Source: Octopus bimaculoides (taxonomy: Eukaryota). From it: a stretch of DNA of 41,287 bases. Of this stretch, positions 1 through 12,254 are shown piece after piece (position 1 is the stretch's first letter; every line of letters starts with the position of its first letter). The stretch lies in contig NC_068990.1 of the NCBI RefSeq assembly GCF_001194135.2, positions 54,276,766-54,318,052 of the forward strand. Direction: 5' to 3'. The notes beneath the pieces were generated by a model. It did not search any database and had not been told where the DNA came from. It saw nothing but the letters and a program-made list of their open reading frames with translations. Position numbers and translations under genes: made by a program.

Positions 1-329
1 TAAATAAGAGGGGGCTGAGGACGGAACCTTGGTGGACCCCTACCTCTACCCGGAATTCATTGCTGTACTCATTTCCAACCCTCACCTTACTGGCAGCATC
101 TCTGTACATGGCTCGCACAGCTCTCACTAACCATTCTTCTATCCCAAGTTTCCTCATTGACCACCAGATAAGGGATTGGGGGACCCTGTCAAAGGCTTTC
201 TCCATGTCAATGAAAGCCAGGTACAGAGGTTTATCCTTAGCTAGGTATTTCTCCTGCAACTGTCTCACTAGAAATAAGGCATCAGTAGTGCTTTTACCTG
301 GCACGAACCCAAACTGCATCTCATCTAAA
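1..329 (-). mobile_element. RTE-clade LINE reverse transcriptase fragment, 5'-truncated, continuing beyond the left window edge
   Basis: Manual minus-strand translation is stop-free: LDEMQFGFVPGKSTTDALFLVRQLQEKYLAKDKPLYLAFIDMEKAFDRVPQSLIWWSMRKLGIEEWLVRAVRAMYRDAASKVRVGNEYSNEFRVEVGVHQGSVLSPLLF. It contains the non-LTR RT motifs QFGF, D-x-x-KAFD and GVHQGSVLSP. Absent from the ORF track because no stop falls inside the window. Confidence 0.92.
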
Positions 330-429
330 TTATACATGTATATATATACATGTATATGTATACATTTGTGCTGATATATATATGCATGTATGTATGTATA
401 TATGTATGTATGCCTGTATATATGAGAGT

Positions 430-781
430 ATAGTTTCACTGTAGGAGATTCAGTATGAAAACGAAACCATTAAAGTGAAAGTATCTGTCATTACAGTATC
501 GAAATGTGATTGTTTCAGTTAGTGGAATCGTTTCATTTTTAAAGTGAAAGTATTTGACATGAGTGTTTTTGTTTCACTTTTGACACGTAATACTTAAATA
601 GTGGACAAAATATGATGTTGTTGTGGGCTCGAACTATGCAAAAAGTTAAAAAATTTTGACTAAAACACAAACAGGACCCTAAGTAAGGCATGTGTAAAAT
701 TTGAATGAAATTGGTTGTGTAGTTCTCGAGTTTTAGGGAAGCACACAGACACACACATTCTCATTTTTATATATATATAGA
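430..781 (-). mobile_element. Helitron-like non-autonomous element, 5' terminal part
   Basis: Minus strand begins A|TCTATATATATATAAAAATGAGAATGTGTGTGTCTGTG (5'-TC after a host A), followed by AACCAATTTCATTCAAATTTTACAC, a layout typical of Helitron/DINE-like ends. Internal 20-bp direct repeat TAAAGTGAAAGTAT(C/T)TG(T/A)CA at 471-490 and 540-559. No 3' hairpin or CTRR end found. Confidence 0.45.
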
Positions 782-1083
782 TGTGTTTTTGGGGCAAAAT
801 ACTCATCTCCTGTATTGAAAACATAGGAATCGGAAGAAATTTAGGGGAAAAAAAATAGGGGAGGGGCACAAATGTCACCGCAGACATCCTAGAAACAACA
901 GGTAATGGGCAGGATTTCTGGGAAAATTTCTTTTAAAGTTTATATTGAAGATCAGGTTTTTAAATATGCTCATCACAAACACAAATTACAGAATAGAAAA
1001 AGGTCATTTCAGTTGGATTTGAGCTGTAATTTTGCACATGCACACATCAAGAAATAACATAATTCGCACAGAAGTTTTACCTA

Positions 1084-1109
1084 GTGTGTGTGTGTGTGTG
1101 TGTGTGTGC

Positions 1110-1140
<31 letters not shown>

Positions 1141-1145
1141 CGCGC
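1084..1145. repeat. (TG)n-(CG)n compound microsatellite
   Basis: Directly visible alternating purine-pyrimidine tract. Confidence 0.95.
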
Positions 1146-1919
1146 ATGCCAAAGGAAGTTATTTCATGGTATTCTTTTGTTTGAAGCAGCAAAGTTGTCA
1201 ACATGATCATATGGGATCGTATGATTGTTTGCTAATATCCGTAAAATTTTTTTTTTTATTTCTTTATGCTTTGAAGAGAGCAGAAATTGAAAGAGAGGAG
1301 GTGAAAAGGCAACATTTGCTTTGAAGTGGGAGGGGAAAGTGAAAGATGTATGTACATGTATATCAAATGTGTGTGTGTGTGCATGAGTGAGGGAGAGAAT
1401 GAGTGAGTGAAAGTGAATGTTATCATGTATGTATTTTTGTATGTTATTTGTAAGTGGCACTCAATCGCTCTCTCTGACACACACACACACACATTATCTT
1501 TCATATACACATACATATGCATCCATCTATTACGTATGTATGTGTGCATATGCATGTGAATGACTATATTTCCTCATAACATGTAGAGAAATGGATGTCG
1601 TTTAATGAGTGACTAATTTGGAGAAACAGTATTTCCATTATTCACACATCATCAATCTCGTAATGTGACACTTTGTAATTTTGGTTCAAATTGAAAGTGT
1701 GAAACTATTTTCACTTTCTAATGAAACCTGGTCGTTGTAAAGTAGCGTCTTTCAAATAGTTATAGCTGGTTGTTGAGATAATGTAGAAAATATGTAAATG
1801 AAAATAAAGTTTATTTGGTAGCCAAAAGATGACTGAATCTTTTGATACCCCATACGTCAAAATCAGCAACTCAGTTTTCAAATGCATAAGGAACATATGC
1901 ACACACACCCACACAAACT

Positions 1920-1957
<38 letters not shown>

Positions 1958-1989
1958 TAAATAAAGGAGCTTTGTTGGTTGATCAGCAA

Positions 1990-2168
1990 GAATTAGCAGC
2001 CAAACTATTTTGAAATTAAACTACCATCTTAAAAAGGAAAGATTTATTACATGATATAGCCCTAATTACATTGTCTTGATAGGAATTTGGGATAGCTGCA
2101 ATTTCATTAACTTTCATCATGGGCCTTTAGAATCATTAGGGCTGGTCTTGGGCTAAACTACAACATTG
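1990..2168 (+). mobile_element. Dispersed SINE-like repeat (family C), degenerate 3' part
   Basis: Shares AGCAGCCAAA...CTTAAAAAGGAAAG...TGATCATGGG...GGGCTAAAC(A/T)ACAAC blocks with copies at about 14095-14272, 18540-18710 and 40325-40490. Confidence 0.45.
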
Positions 2169-2474
2169 TATGCTACTCTATAAAAGAGAGAAAATATCTA
2201 TAGGTTTTAGCCGATACTGTATGTAATATACATATATTTAACAACTCTCTCTCCCTCTCTCTCGATATATATGAATGAGGAACACTTGAATCTTCCTAGT
2301 ATTTGAATTGTGAGCCAGATGGTAATGGAATGTATATCTTCTGGTTAACCTCAAGTGAATTACTTACATGCTACCAACATACACAGACACACACTGCTGT
2401 GTAGGCTGAAATAGAGTTATATTCATATTTGTTATAAGAAACATCAGATCTTCCCCCACCTCCTCAATTGTTAT

Positions 2475-2625
2475 ATGTTCACTGTCTATGCTGGCATAGA
2501 CTGGGTAGGTTTGTTCACCTCAAGGAATCAGGGGTACTTTATTTTGGCTGGATGCCCTTCCCAACACTAGCCACTCTACAGAGTGTACTGGGCATGTTTT
2601 TCATGAGACCAGCACTAATGAGGCA
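2475..2625 (-). mobile_element. SINE family B (RTE-type tail), degenerate fragment
   Basis: Contains GCTGGATGCCCTTCCCAACACTAGCCACTCTACAGAGTGTACTGGG, homologous to 26060-26110 and to the reverse complement of 29550-29590. Confidence 0.7.
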
Positions 2626-3320
2626 ACAATACTCTTATAACTAAAGGGACCTCACAACTAAACACCTTTGCTTGCACATCCATGTCTATACAGAGTGAGA
2701 AGCAAGAGTGATAGTAGGAGAAGTGATAGGAGTACTTGGTATTTTGAGATAAGTACTTTATATATAAGGCAATATTTTAAAACTTTGCCTGTCCGAAGTA
2801 GTTTCATAACTTTGTCCTAAACATTCATGTTTGTTTCATACATTGAGTAATACAAACCTTTCCTTTCATAAATTCCAAGTTACTTCTGTGATAAAAAAAA
2901 ACAAAAAAAACTGGGAATGTGTTTTATAAACGATGCCTCAGAAATATGTCCTGTGTATTAAAGGTGATATACAGGAGAGGTAAAGGGTTAAATAGTTCTA
3001 TCAGAAGAGACATTTTTAGTGTGACATTGGTAAATGCCATGCAAAATGTGTCTTTATACACTGGTGGTTCAAAAATTTGGGAATATGTATCATACATGAT
3101 GCATGGACACCAGGGAAATATGTCATGTATATCACATGTAATACTCAAAATAAGCAAAGGGTTAAGAAATGGAATATAAATTGCAGCAGCATAAATACAA
3201 TGGTCTCAGTATCAACCAGGTTCAATTCTGGCTGACAGTATACCATCATCATCTCTAAGCCAGTAGATTTATAAATATCTCCACTTGAATGTATTTTGAC
3301 AATAACACAAGGAGGGATGG

Positions 3321-3471
<151 letters not shown>

Positions 3472-3717
3472 TTTTGCTTACCTTACATTCCACAAGCTTA
3501 ACATTTTTCACTGCTGGTAACTATTTTACATGACCTGCCAAAGAGAAGAGAAATGAAAGTCAGTCAGTCAGTCTGACAGTAGGGATAGGAAAAGAAATGA
3601 TGCAAGTTATAGACATTTTCATTAAATACAATTCTTGTGAAGTTTAATCTCAACTTTATACAAACAACCTTCTATCTTGCTCACTTGGAATCTATGGTTT
3701 CATAGTGTTCTGTCTAT

Positions 3718-4259
3718 CTATCTAGGTCGTCCCTCAGGTTGTCCCAAGACTGTTTCCACACATTTTCCCCATTCATCTCGATCTTCCATAATGGTCCTCA
3801 GCTCCTCTACACCTTCCATACCAGTATCCTCCAGGAAGTTGTTGATATAGGTTGTCTTCCTCCTAACTCTCCTGGTTCTTCATTCTGTTGGTTGCCAGAG
3901 CACTCGCTTGTTAGCAATTTCATCGGTGTGTCTGATGCAGTATCCCGCTAGCCTCATTCTTCTATGCTGTATCTTCAATGTTACTTTTGGTAGTCCCTGG
4001 TATAAGTTGACTTTTGTTGTATGACTTTTCCAGGAGACATTGAGTGCCATTCTAAGCATCTCCGTATAACAACTGTCCAACTGCTTCTTCAATGCTTTAG
4101 TGAGCGTCCATGTTTCAGCCCCATATAGAAGAACTGACTCCACTGTTGCCAGAAACAACTTCACTTTCAATTTCCTGCTAACTTTGAACTCCATACCTTT
4201 CCCAATTCATGGCATGCACTCCAGGCAAGAGCTTTCTTTGCTACGATGTCTTTTTCAGT
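3718..4259 (-). mobile_element. RTE/RTE-X-type LINE 3' fragment (C-terminal part of the RT protein), pseudogenised
   Basis: Reads TEKDIVAKKALAWSACHELGKVWSSKL, then a frameshift near 4175, then RKLKVKLFLATVESVLLYGAETWTLT...RRMRLAGYCIRH...LWQPTE*RTRRVRRKTTYINNFLEDTG...GRPR*. LLYGAETW and RRMRLAG are RTE-group hallmarks. One premature TGA at 3880-3882; terminal TAG at 3718-3720 followed by a TAGA-repeat tail. Confidence 0.9.
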
Positions 4260-4924
4260 GTTGCTGTGTTGTGGCTTAATGCAACTATCCTCTTTGTTGG
4301 TACAAACAGTGACCTTGCTACCATGTTAACCCCTGGGAAATTTCCATAAGGAGGCTCACCTATCAATATCTATAAGATAACTTTTGTTCTCGCTAATCAG
4401 AGAAGTACCTCGATACAATGGCTACTAGGGACCTTCAAAAGCAAAACACAACCGATATCAATTCACCAAGAAGTTTGTAAGTGCTTAACCTCTTATTATA
4501 AAGAGTTAAGCTAGTTTCAACATTATTCCAATATTGAATATTTTGAAGGAACCGCATTATCTCTAAGTGATTCTCAAACTATCCAATGAGCCCCTACATT
4601 GTGATATTAAAACAGTTTGATATATCACAGCAGAGTACATGACTTTAAAAGAGGCAGCAATAAACCAAACACTACTTTATAATGCACTTATAAGTAACAC
4701 TAATACTCTTTGGTGAGAATTAACGCAAAAGAACAAGTGTAAGTGTTAGGTAATGCAGGTAAATTACTGGAACAGTGTTTTTAACAATTCAAAAAGCATC
4801 AATAACACTTTTCTCTTAAAGAACATATTATTTCTGAATAGCAGCTGAGGTCAATCTAAGGAAGGTTATATCTTGGATCCATCTAATACATTTACAGTTA
4901 AAACTATTTCAAATTCCATTTGAA

Positions 4925-5230
4925 ACATCACCATTATTTTTCCTTCCCATGTTGGAATAGGGTTAGATGGCTCTTCCCCTGCCCAGTGTCTCTCCACATG
5001 TTGCAGTCTCATGCCAGCTCTTGTGAATATTCAATATTCTGAGATCATTCTTAATCCATTCTTCCTTTTTTACAGGTTTCTTTTACTTGGGTCCATCCAT
5101 CCTTCTTCACATTACCAACAATCTCCATACACATCAAATGTCCACATTAGCAATCTCGTCCCTCTTCCACATTAGGACTGATTCCTATGATGTCCATTCT
5201 TCTCTTTCAGCTCACCTGTTTTTTGTCATC
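4925..5230 (-). mobile_element. Old RTE-like LINE 3' end
   Basis: Minus strand gives degenerate ELKEKNGHHRN...GRPK-like...IKNDLRILNI text and ends in CCATCTAACCCTATTCCAACATGGGAAGGAAAAATAATGGTGATG, which resembles the SINE-B tail. Confidence 0.5.
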
Positions 5231-5313
5231 AATTCTACACACCAACATTACCCATTCAGTGAAGCATAGAGATCTAATTCCTTTCCAGTTTTTCCGTATA
5301 CCCATAGCCTATG

Positions 5314-5392
<79 letters not shown>

Positions 5393-6271
5393 TCCTTTGT
5401 TGCCTACAGAAGTACTAGCCTCCTTTATTATACTTTTGCAGCATCTATTTTCTTTGCTGATTAGGTCACCCAGGTAACAGAAGTTCCTGGATAACCGAAG
5501 GTTTGCATTTGAAATGTAAAACTCATACTCAGTTAATTAACAAATCCTAAGAGATGCATTTTATCGCGCATGTGTGTGTGAGTGTGTACGTGTACATGCA
5601 TGTATGGGTAATTGATACACATGCAAACAACTTTGGCCTAAATATTACAAACCAAAAACAGTGAATTATAAATAGTAAAACGGTACAAATAAACAAAAAT
5701 ATATTAGGTGAGGAAGATAGAGGGGGTGGTCTATTTCTGTAACAGCACTATTGTTAAAATGGTAAAAAGGCAAATAGTTTTCTGGCCAAAATAGATAAAT
5801 CATAATTGTTCTCATGAGAATTGAGATTGCTTATCTCTGAGATCAAGGAAAAATTTATAAATACACATCCATGTACACAAACAAACATGTATGACTGTAT
5901 TTGTAGGTACATGTACATGTCTCTGGATGATTACACATACACACACACTCTCTCTCTCTCCCTTGTATATATTTATGCAAACAGAGAAGGTTTATGAAAG
6001 TAGGCTACTTAAACAATGAGAATTTTCAAGTTGTTTGTGAGCAAGAACAACAGCTAAGTAAACAACATTGAGGTTTTAGGAAGCAAAATGTGTTTACAAC
6101 ACTGTTATATCTAGGGCAATGGAGTTGATGGAGAAGGTATAGGATTTAACTGGATGCTTTATACTCATTCAGTGTCTCATGTTTCTAGGTCCAAATTCTG
6201 AGAGAACTGAACTGTACATCAAAGGTCACTAAATTATATATACTATAAAGTGTGTATATACATATATATAC

Positions 6272-6331
<60 letters not shown>

Positions 6332-6576
6332 AATGTCATGTTATTCCAATATTCACAAAATAGAATACCATCACAAAAATGTCACTGAAAATGGTTAACT
6401 ATAATCCAGATTACATAATGGGGAAAAAGAGAGAGAACGATCCCAAACGCTCTTGGAAGAAATCTTAAGAGTTTATTTGGAATTAGTAACTAGGGGAGCT
6501 GTAATCAGCATCATTCACACAGGCAATAGGTTGCTTTAAAAAGTATCATCTGTAATGTAGAAACCCTAGAGTACAA

Positions 6577-6640
6577 TCTAATATAATAAATGCAAAAACT
6601 AATTTCTGTGTGTCAGTGTGTTACACTTTGACCCTCTCTC
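6577..6640 (+). mobile_element. Possible Helitron-like 5' stub
   Basis: A|TCTAATATATAAAATGCAAAAACTAATTTCTGTGTGTC resembles the minus-strand terminus at 781. Confidence 0.25.
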
Positions 6641-6689
6641 TTTCTCTCACTATTCATTGACATGTCTACTATTGCTCATATTGGGGTGA

Positions 6690-7130
6690 GATTAATAGTA
6701 GGCACAGAGATGGTGAGGGTGGTGGCAAAGACAGAGAGAAAGAAAGAAAGAAATTTAGGGAGGGTTGATGATGCTTTTATTAAAAGTAGTAATGTTGATG
6801 GTGGCAGTAATAATAAAAGAGAGAAAGAGTGAGTGTGTGAGAGAAAAAGGGACTGAATACTGAACCAGCATGCTGAACTAACATACTGAACACTGATGGT
6901 AATGGGGTAATAGTAATAGTACAAGCTATAGTTGTGATAAAGGCGGAGGCGGTGGTGGTGTCTGAGGCTTTCAGAGATGACGGTGACAGTAAGTGATGTG
7001 AAAGACAGTGGTGATGGTTGTGGAGGAGAAGGCAGTGAATTCAAAGGTATTGATGGTGGTGGTGTCAGAAGTCTGGATGGTGTGTGTATGGCAGATGTGG
7101 TGGCAATGGTGGTGGTTTACCATGCAGCTT
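6690..7130. repeat. Low-complexity GGT/GAT/AGT trinucleotide-derived region
   Basis: Degenerate (GGT)n/(GAT)n/(AAAG)n runs explain the Ser/Thr/His/Val-biased ORFs 6676-7044, 6971-7153 and 7008-7292. Confidence 0.8.
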
Positions 7131-7311
7131 TGCAATAAGTTCCAAGTCGACAAATTATATCATTGTTTTGATGAAAATTGTTCTTTGCTTGAAAAATATC
7201 GTGTAAGTTTAATAAAATTCAATATGCACTCAATTCAATATGTACTCAATATGTACTCCACAGGAGCTAGCTTAAAAACCGTAAACAAATAAAGCTGGAT
7301 TTATAGTACAG

Positions 7312-7379
<68 letters not shown>

Positions 7380-7674
7380 GTTAACTTTTAATTCATATTT
7401 ATTACTTAAGTTGTATATCAACTATAATTAGTGAAGGGAAATAGACAAGGGATGTTCACCATGTCATCTGTCTAAATTATCTGAGCCTTTTGGGTGATAT
7501 TAATCAGTCACTTACAGCTCTAATGAAACAAGCCTTTGTTTAAACTCATTTTTATTTGTCAACAATAACTGAGGATTAATACCTTGGATTAGTTTGGGTT
7601 AGTTCCTCTATATAAATTCTGTACTTGTAGCATAGTCATAGACAAACATGAACCAAAGCAGCAAACACAAGCTA

Positions 7675-7900
7675 TATACCCTTTTGATAGTAGTCCACCT
7701 AAGAAGGTTCTTGGTTCTATGAAACAAATTTTCTGTCTTAAAGTAATCTAAATTAAAATCTTCCATCAAAATTTTATGTTAATTTGTTCTAAACATCAAC
7801 TTAATAGTGGCAGTTATTTTATAAAGGTATTATTTAAAAAATTGAAACAAGTAACAAAAGCATTAAAATACAACTTAGTACCAAAATGGTAAGCAAGAAC
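7675..7900. mobile_element. MITE-like repeat family 1, degenerate
   Basis: Collinear with 31501-31722, e.g. AATTAAAATCTTCCATCAAAATTTTATGTTAATTTGTT versus ATTTAAAACCTCCCATCAAAATTACATGTTAATTTGTT. Both copies start with a (C/T)CTTTTGATA motif and end near AAATGGTAA/ATATGGTAA. Confidence 0.65.
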
Positions 7901-8324
7901 CCGTTGTATTTTAAGAATTTAAATATGAGTACTATTGTAGGCTCTTCTCCTTTCCACCCCCTTTTTTCTGCCTTCAATTCCTAGACCAGGTGGTGCGTTG
8001 TGTTCTTGACCAAAACACTTCCTCTTGCATTGCTCTGCAATCACTTAAACATCTGACACATGATACACTATGCATCTGTTCAGGCAAAGTCAATTTGATG
8101 GAGAGAGTGAGCTAATATACAGCACCTACATTTGATCACTATAAACAAATCATGTGTGCAGGTTGTTCAGCAAAAGCTGAACACTCATACATTGTTTTCA
8201 AAAGGAGAGTCCATCATTATCATTAACTATTGTTTGTTATTTGAAAAGATAACATAATGAAAGGGAAATGATTCTTAATGAAAATTGAAACCTGATTGTA
8301 GATTCAACCACTACCCCAATATAT

Positions 8325-8515
8325 AATAGTTTCAAATTTTGGCACAAGGCCAGCAATTATAGGGGAGAGGTTAAGTCAGTTATATTAACCCCCAGTGCTT
8401 GACTGGTATTTATTTTATCAACTCCAAAAACATGAAAGGCAAAGTCAACCTTGGCAACATTTGAACTCAGAACATAAAGACGGACAAAATGCCACTAAGC
8501 ATTTTGCCTGTCTCT
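8325..8515 (-). mobile_element. tRNA-derived SINE family A
   Basis: Minus strand carries a B-box-like GAGTTCAAAT, a central GACTTTGCCTTTCAT...GATAAAATAAATACCAG block and an (ATT)-type tail. Homologous to copies at 21891-22030, 22565-22765 and 22848-23062. Confidence 0.85.
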
Positions 8516-10315
8516 GCCTCACCACCCCAATATATATTAGCAATAGTTTCTCACACTGGTAAAAGGCCAAGAGCTTGTACAGAAGGACAGAATCAATCCA
8601 ATCAATTCTAACAGATGACTGCTACTTATTTTATTCCATGAAGATGAATGGTAAAGTTGACGTTCACAGGATTTTAATTTGGAACAAAGTAGCATGGAAT
8701 TAAAGGTCAGAAATATCTTTGTCAAGTATTTTACTGTTCCTACCACCCCACCCTCTAATGATACAACAACAACATCATGGTGTGACCAAATATAGTTACA
8801 GATTATGAAAGGAGAAAATAAAACTCTTAGGAATTTGATGAACACTTTCATTTTAGTAAAAATAACAAAATTGAACACCATAATAATAGTTTATTCACTT
8901 AGCAAAAATTGCCCCTCTTCTCTATATTCTCTTGATCAATTTATCAACAGAATAAAACAGATAAATCATATATGAAACAGAATTTACTGACAGTCATTAA
9001 GATATTTTTCACAAAATATTAAAATACATTAATGAAGGGAAGAAAAAAAAATTTAATGGATTATTTTGGTGGAAGAAATAATCAAAAAATAAAACTGAGT
9101 TTTGTAAATGCCTGGCAAATATTAAAGACCAAATGGGGTTTAGTGAAGAGAAACAAATGTAAATTCTTGATTGGAACTAGTTTAATGTGTGTTATGTAAA
9201 GCCTCCAAGAAAGTCAAATACCACATAATCTCATTTATTGTTCCCTTGTAATCTGAGATTCTTACTATACATAGAAGAAATCAATAGTCAAAGTATCTAG
9301 TAGGTTTGAGAAACTAGCACTAGATATAGTTCTCTACTTAATCAGATACACTGACTGAAGAGTAACCCTGTAAATGTCGAAGCAAGCAAGTGAACAAGCT
9401 TGGTTTCTATCAGATGCCCAACACAAACACACACACACACACACGAAACCTGGTCTCTGCCCAACTTCCAATATCACAGCTAAAGTTATTGATTATCAAT
9501 TTCCTGTTTCCAATAATAGCCCAATAGATAGTTATTTCTGTCCAGAGTAATCACTCAGTAGTAATGATGATGGTAGCAGTAAAGTAAATCTGCTGGTTGG
9601 CAGGGAGCCGATCATTGGAACATAATGAGTAATAAAACAGTTTAGCAGAAGTCACTAATAACCACAAGAAAAATTAATAAGCCAAGTAGCTTTAACTAAT
9701 TTTCTACTGAACAAACTCAAAAAAGTTATTTATAGGGGTTTTTTTTTTCTTCAGATTATTAAAAAGAAATTAAGAATAACAGAACCATAAAATAGGTACT
9801 TAACATATCATTCCTATTGTAATTTTCCATGCAAGTAGAGCTGAGAGAAATTTGTTTAAACTTGCACTGTTTAAAAGGTCAGCAAATCAATCAGAAACAA
9901 AGCAACACTAACATGTTTTATAAGAAAACACTACACTGGAGCAGCTTCTGTTGCCTTCTCCAGGGCACAGGAGGTGTTGAACTCAATTTTAATCGAGGAA
10001 ATCTATTATTGTTATTGTTTAGCCCTAGTTCAACTATATCACTGTACCACTATACACATTTTTAGACAGCTTATCATCTAGAACTACATAACCAATACTA
10101 TTATAAATGTACTAAGGTCTTATAATTATTCCAAGCAAATTACCAATCAAAATCTAGGCAAGTTAAAAATCTCAGAAAACAACATGCAAGGGAGGTAACT
10201 CCACTAAGATCAGTTGATCATAAGTTTTGGAGATTTTTGAAGTCAACTGGCGAAAGTAATAAACAGGTTTTAGCTTTATTAAACAAACATTCTACTTAGC
10301 AAAACTAAAACTGAT

Positions 10316-10379
<64 letters not shown>

Positions 10380-10689
10380 AAGAGAGAGAGAGAGGTTGAA
10401 CAAGTTTATAGGTGAAACAAAGTCCAACTGACTTGGTCTTCACATCTGATTTTGTTCTAAGTATTGAGTCACCCCATTAGTAAATTTCCATTGTTTTAGT
10501 AAAAACCAAATTTCTAGTAAGCAAGAAATATTAATACTTTCAGTATGGACAAATAAAAGGTACAGTTGAATCACAAGAGGTTAACAGAGGAAGTAGACTT
10601 TGTGGTAGACGTGCAAGAGCAATAAGCACTAAGAGCATACCTGTTCCCCTCCTACTAGCAAGCATTAACCTCTCTATATCTGGCACAAA

Positions 10690-10927
10690 ACCACCTCCCT
10701 AAATACTGCATCCCCAGTGAACTCAACTTGTGAATTACATGGTGACTTCACTAGTGCTGGTGTCATAAAAAAAACCCCCACCCAATACGCTGTAAAGTGG
10801 TTGACATTAGAAAGACATCTAGCAGTAGAAACCATGCCAAAGCAGACATTAGGGCTCAATGCAGTCCAGTGGCCCATAAGACTATCAAACCATGTGACTC
10901 ATGCCAACACAGAAAATGGACATTAAA

Positions 10928-10930
<3 letters not shown>
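10690..10930 (+). mobile_element. SINE family B, 3' part
   Basis: GTGCTGGTGTCATAAAA...GTAAAGTGGTTGACATTAGAAAGACATCTAGCAGTAGAAACCATGCC...CATGCCAACACAGAAAATGGACATTAAAT matches 29440-29718. Confidence 0.8.
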
Positions 10931-10962
<32 letters not shown>

Positions 10963-11710
10963 CGTGCGTGCGTGTAAAGGAATGTAGCAACTGATCATGA
11001 ATACCAACAATATGACTGGGGTGAAATACTTCAGAAGCAACAAAAACAGAAATATAATAGTGTTTCACATATGCAGTAAAATAAGTTGAAAAACTTCAAC
11101 CAAGTGATTTTATCATTAGTGTATTGATTGGCAATGATTCTATTTGCTTCACCAGAACATCTTTAGATGGCTGGGGCAGGGTGCTGGAATATTTTATGAT
11201 CAACACAATTTCTTCCGTCAGGCCTGGTACTTTCCCATTTAACACCTTTCTAAGGTCCATTAGCAGAAAAATGAGAAAATCTAACAGGAAAATAAAGTTG
11301 AAGGCTGATTGGTGAAGTGAGTCATCAAAATGCAATGGCATTAATTTTAGCAAACAACAATTAAAAAACTGGTTGGATTCTTGCTTGAAATCAATGAAGA
11401 GAGCTCAACCAAACATAACGACATCACAGGATAATGACTTACATTTCTAAGGTTATGTAACTCTATGTTGCATGCAGACATACAGACAAATTAGAAGAGA
11501 ATTACTGTGAAAATGAGAAGTAAGAATGAGTGTAGTTGCTATAGCAGAGGATGTGAGGATGTAATGGTCGCTAGGAGATAGAAGTTGAAGAAAATACAAT
11601 TTGAGAGAAAAGAAAAGAGAAATAAATCTATTTTCAAAAATGAAAGAAGTATGATGTTGTCTAACTGATGAAAGAGAGAATAATAAAGATTGCAGTAATT
11701 AGAGTGTAAC

Positions 11711-11770
11711 AAGGATCATTAGCTGAATGATCCTTATAAACTAACCACTGCAGTGGTTAGTTTATAAGGA
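11711..11770. repeat. Perfect 40-bp palindrome plus overlapping 10-bp-arm hairpin
   Basis: 11731-11750 TCCTTATAAACTAACCACTG is the exact reverse complement of 11751-11770. 11711-11720 AAGGATCATT is the reverse complement of 11726-11735, with loop AGCTG. Confidence 0.97.
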
Positions 11771-12254
11771 GAGATGATATATCTAATGACACTGGAAGAT
11801 GTATGCTGGATGTAAAAGGGATGTGAATTAGAGAATAAAGAGTAGCTTCAGTTTAGTTTGACAAAAGGAAATATTGTGGATGTGATTGTTTGATCAGAAG
11901 AGACAAAAGGTTATCACAACACCAGGAAGAATGTAGTGTTGAAGGTATACTGTTCCAAGTCATACCAGTATATAAAAATGTACATTCCAGATGGTAACAA
12001 AGTATAGAATACATACATTATATATATATATATATATACATTATATATATATATATATATATATNNNNNNNNNNGAGAGAGAGAGAGAGTTATCTGAGCG
12101 TTTTTAAGCTAAATTTTTTAACACTTCATTGAACACACGAAACATAACACAGTTAAAACTTTGGCATTGCTTGAAGTGGTAGTGCATCTCTTCTTTGTTC
12201 CTGACTAAAAATAGATTTATCTTTCATTCCGGTTACCCTTTATTGACATTTGAA

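Noticed and set aside
60-374. 104-aa plus-strand ORF
   Set aside because: It is the antisense shadow of the RTE RT frame running into a microsatellite.
2919-3179. 86-aa ORF or possible old RTE relic
   Set aside because: Only a vague resemblance to MLYGSETW; too degenerate to call.
6676-7292. Ser/Thr/His-rich ORFs
   Set aside because: Derived from degenerate trinucleotide repeats; no splice or domain support.
7809-7888. Apparent exon ending in a strong donor ATG|GTAAGC
   Set aside because: It lies inside the MITE-like repeat homologous to 31501-31722.
9355-9390. Second hammerhead (CTGAAGA...CGAAGC)
   Set aside because: Stem II does not pair, GAAA is broken, and there is no stem I/III or PLE ORF nearby.
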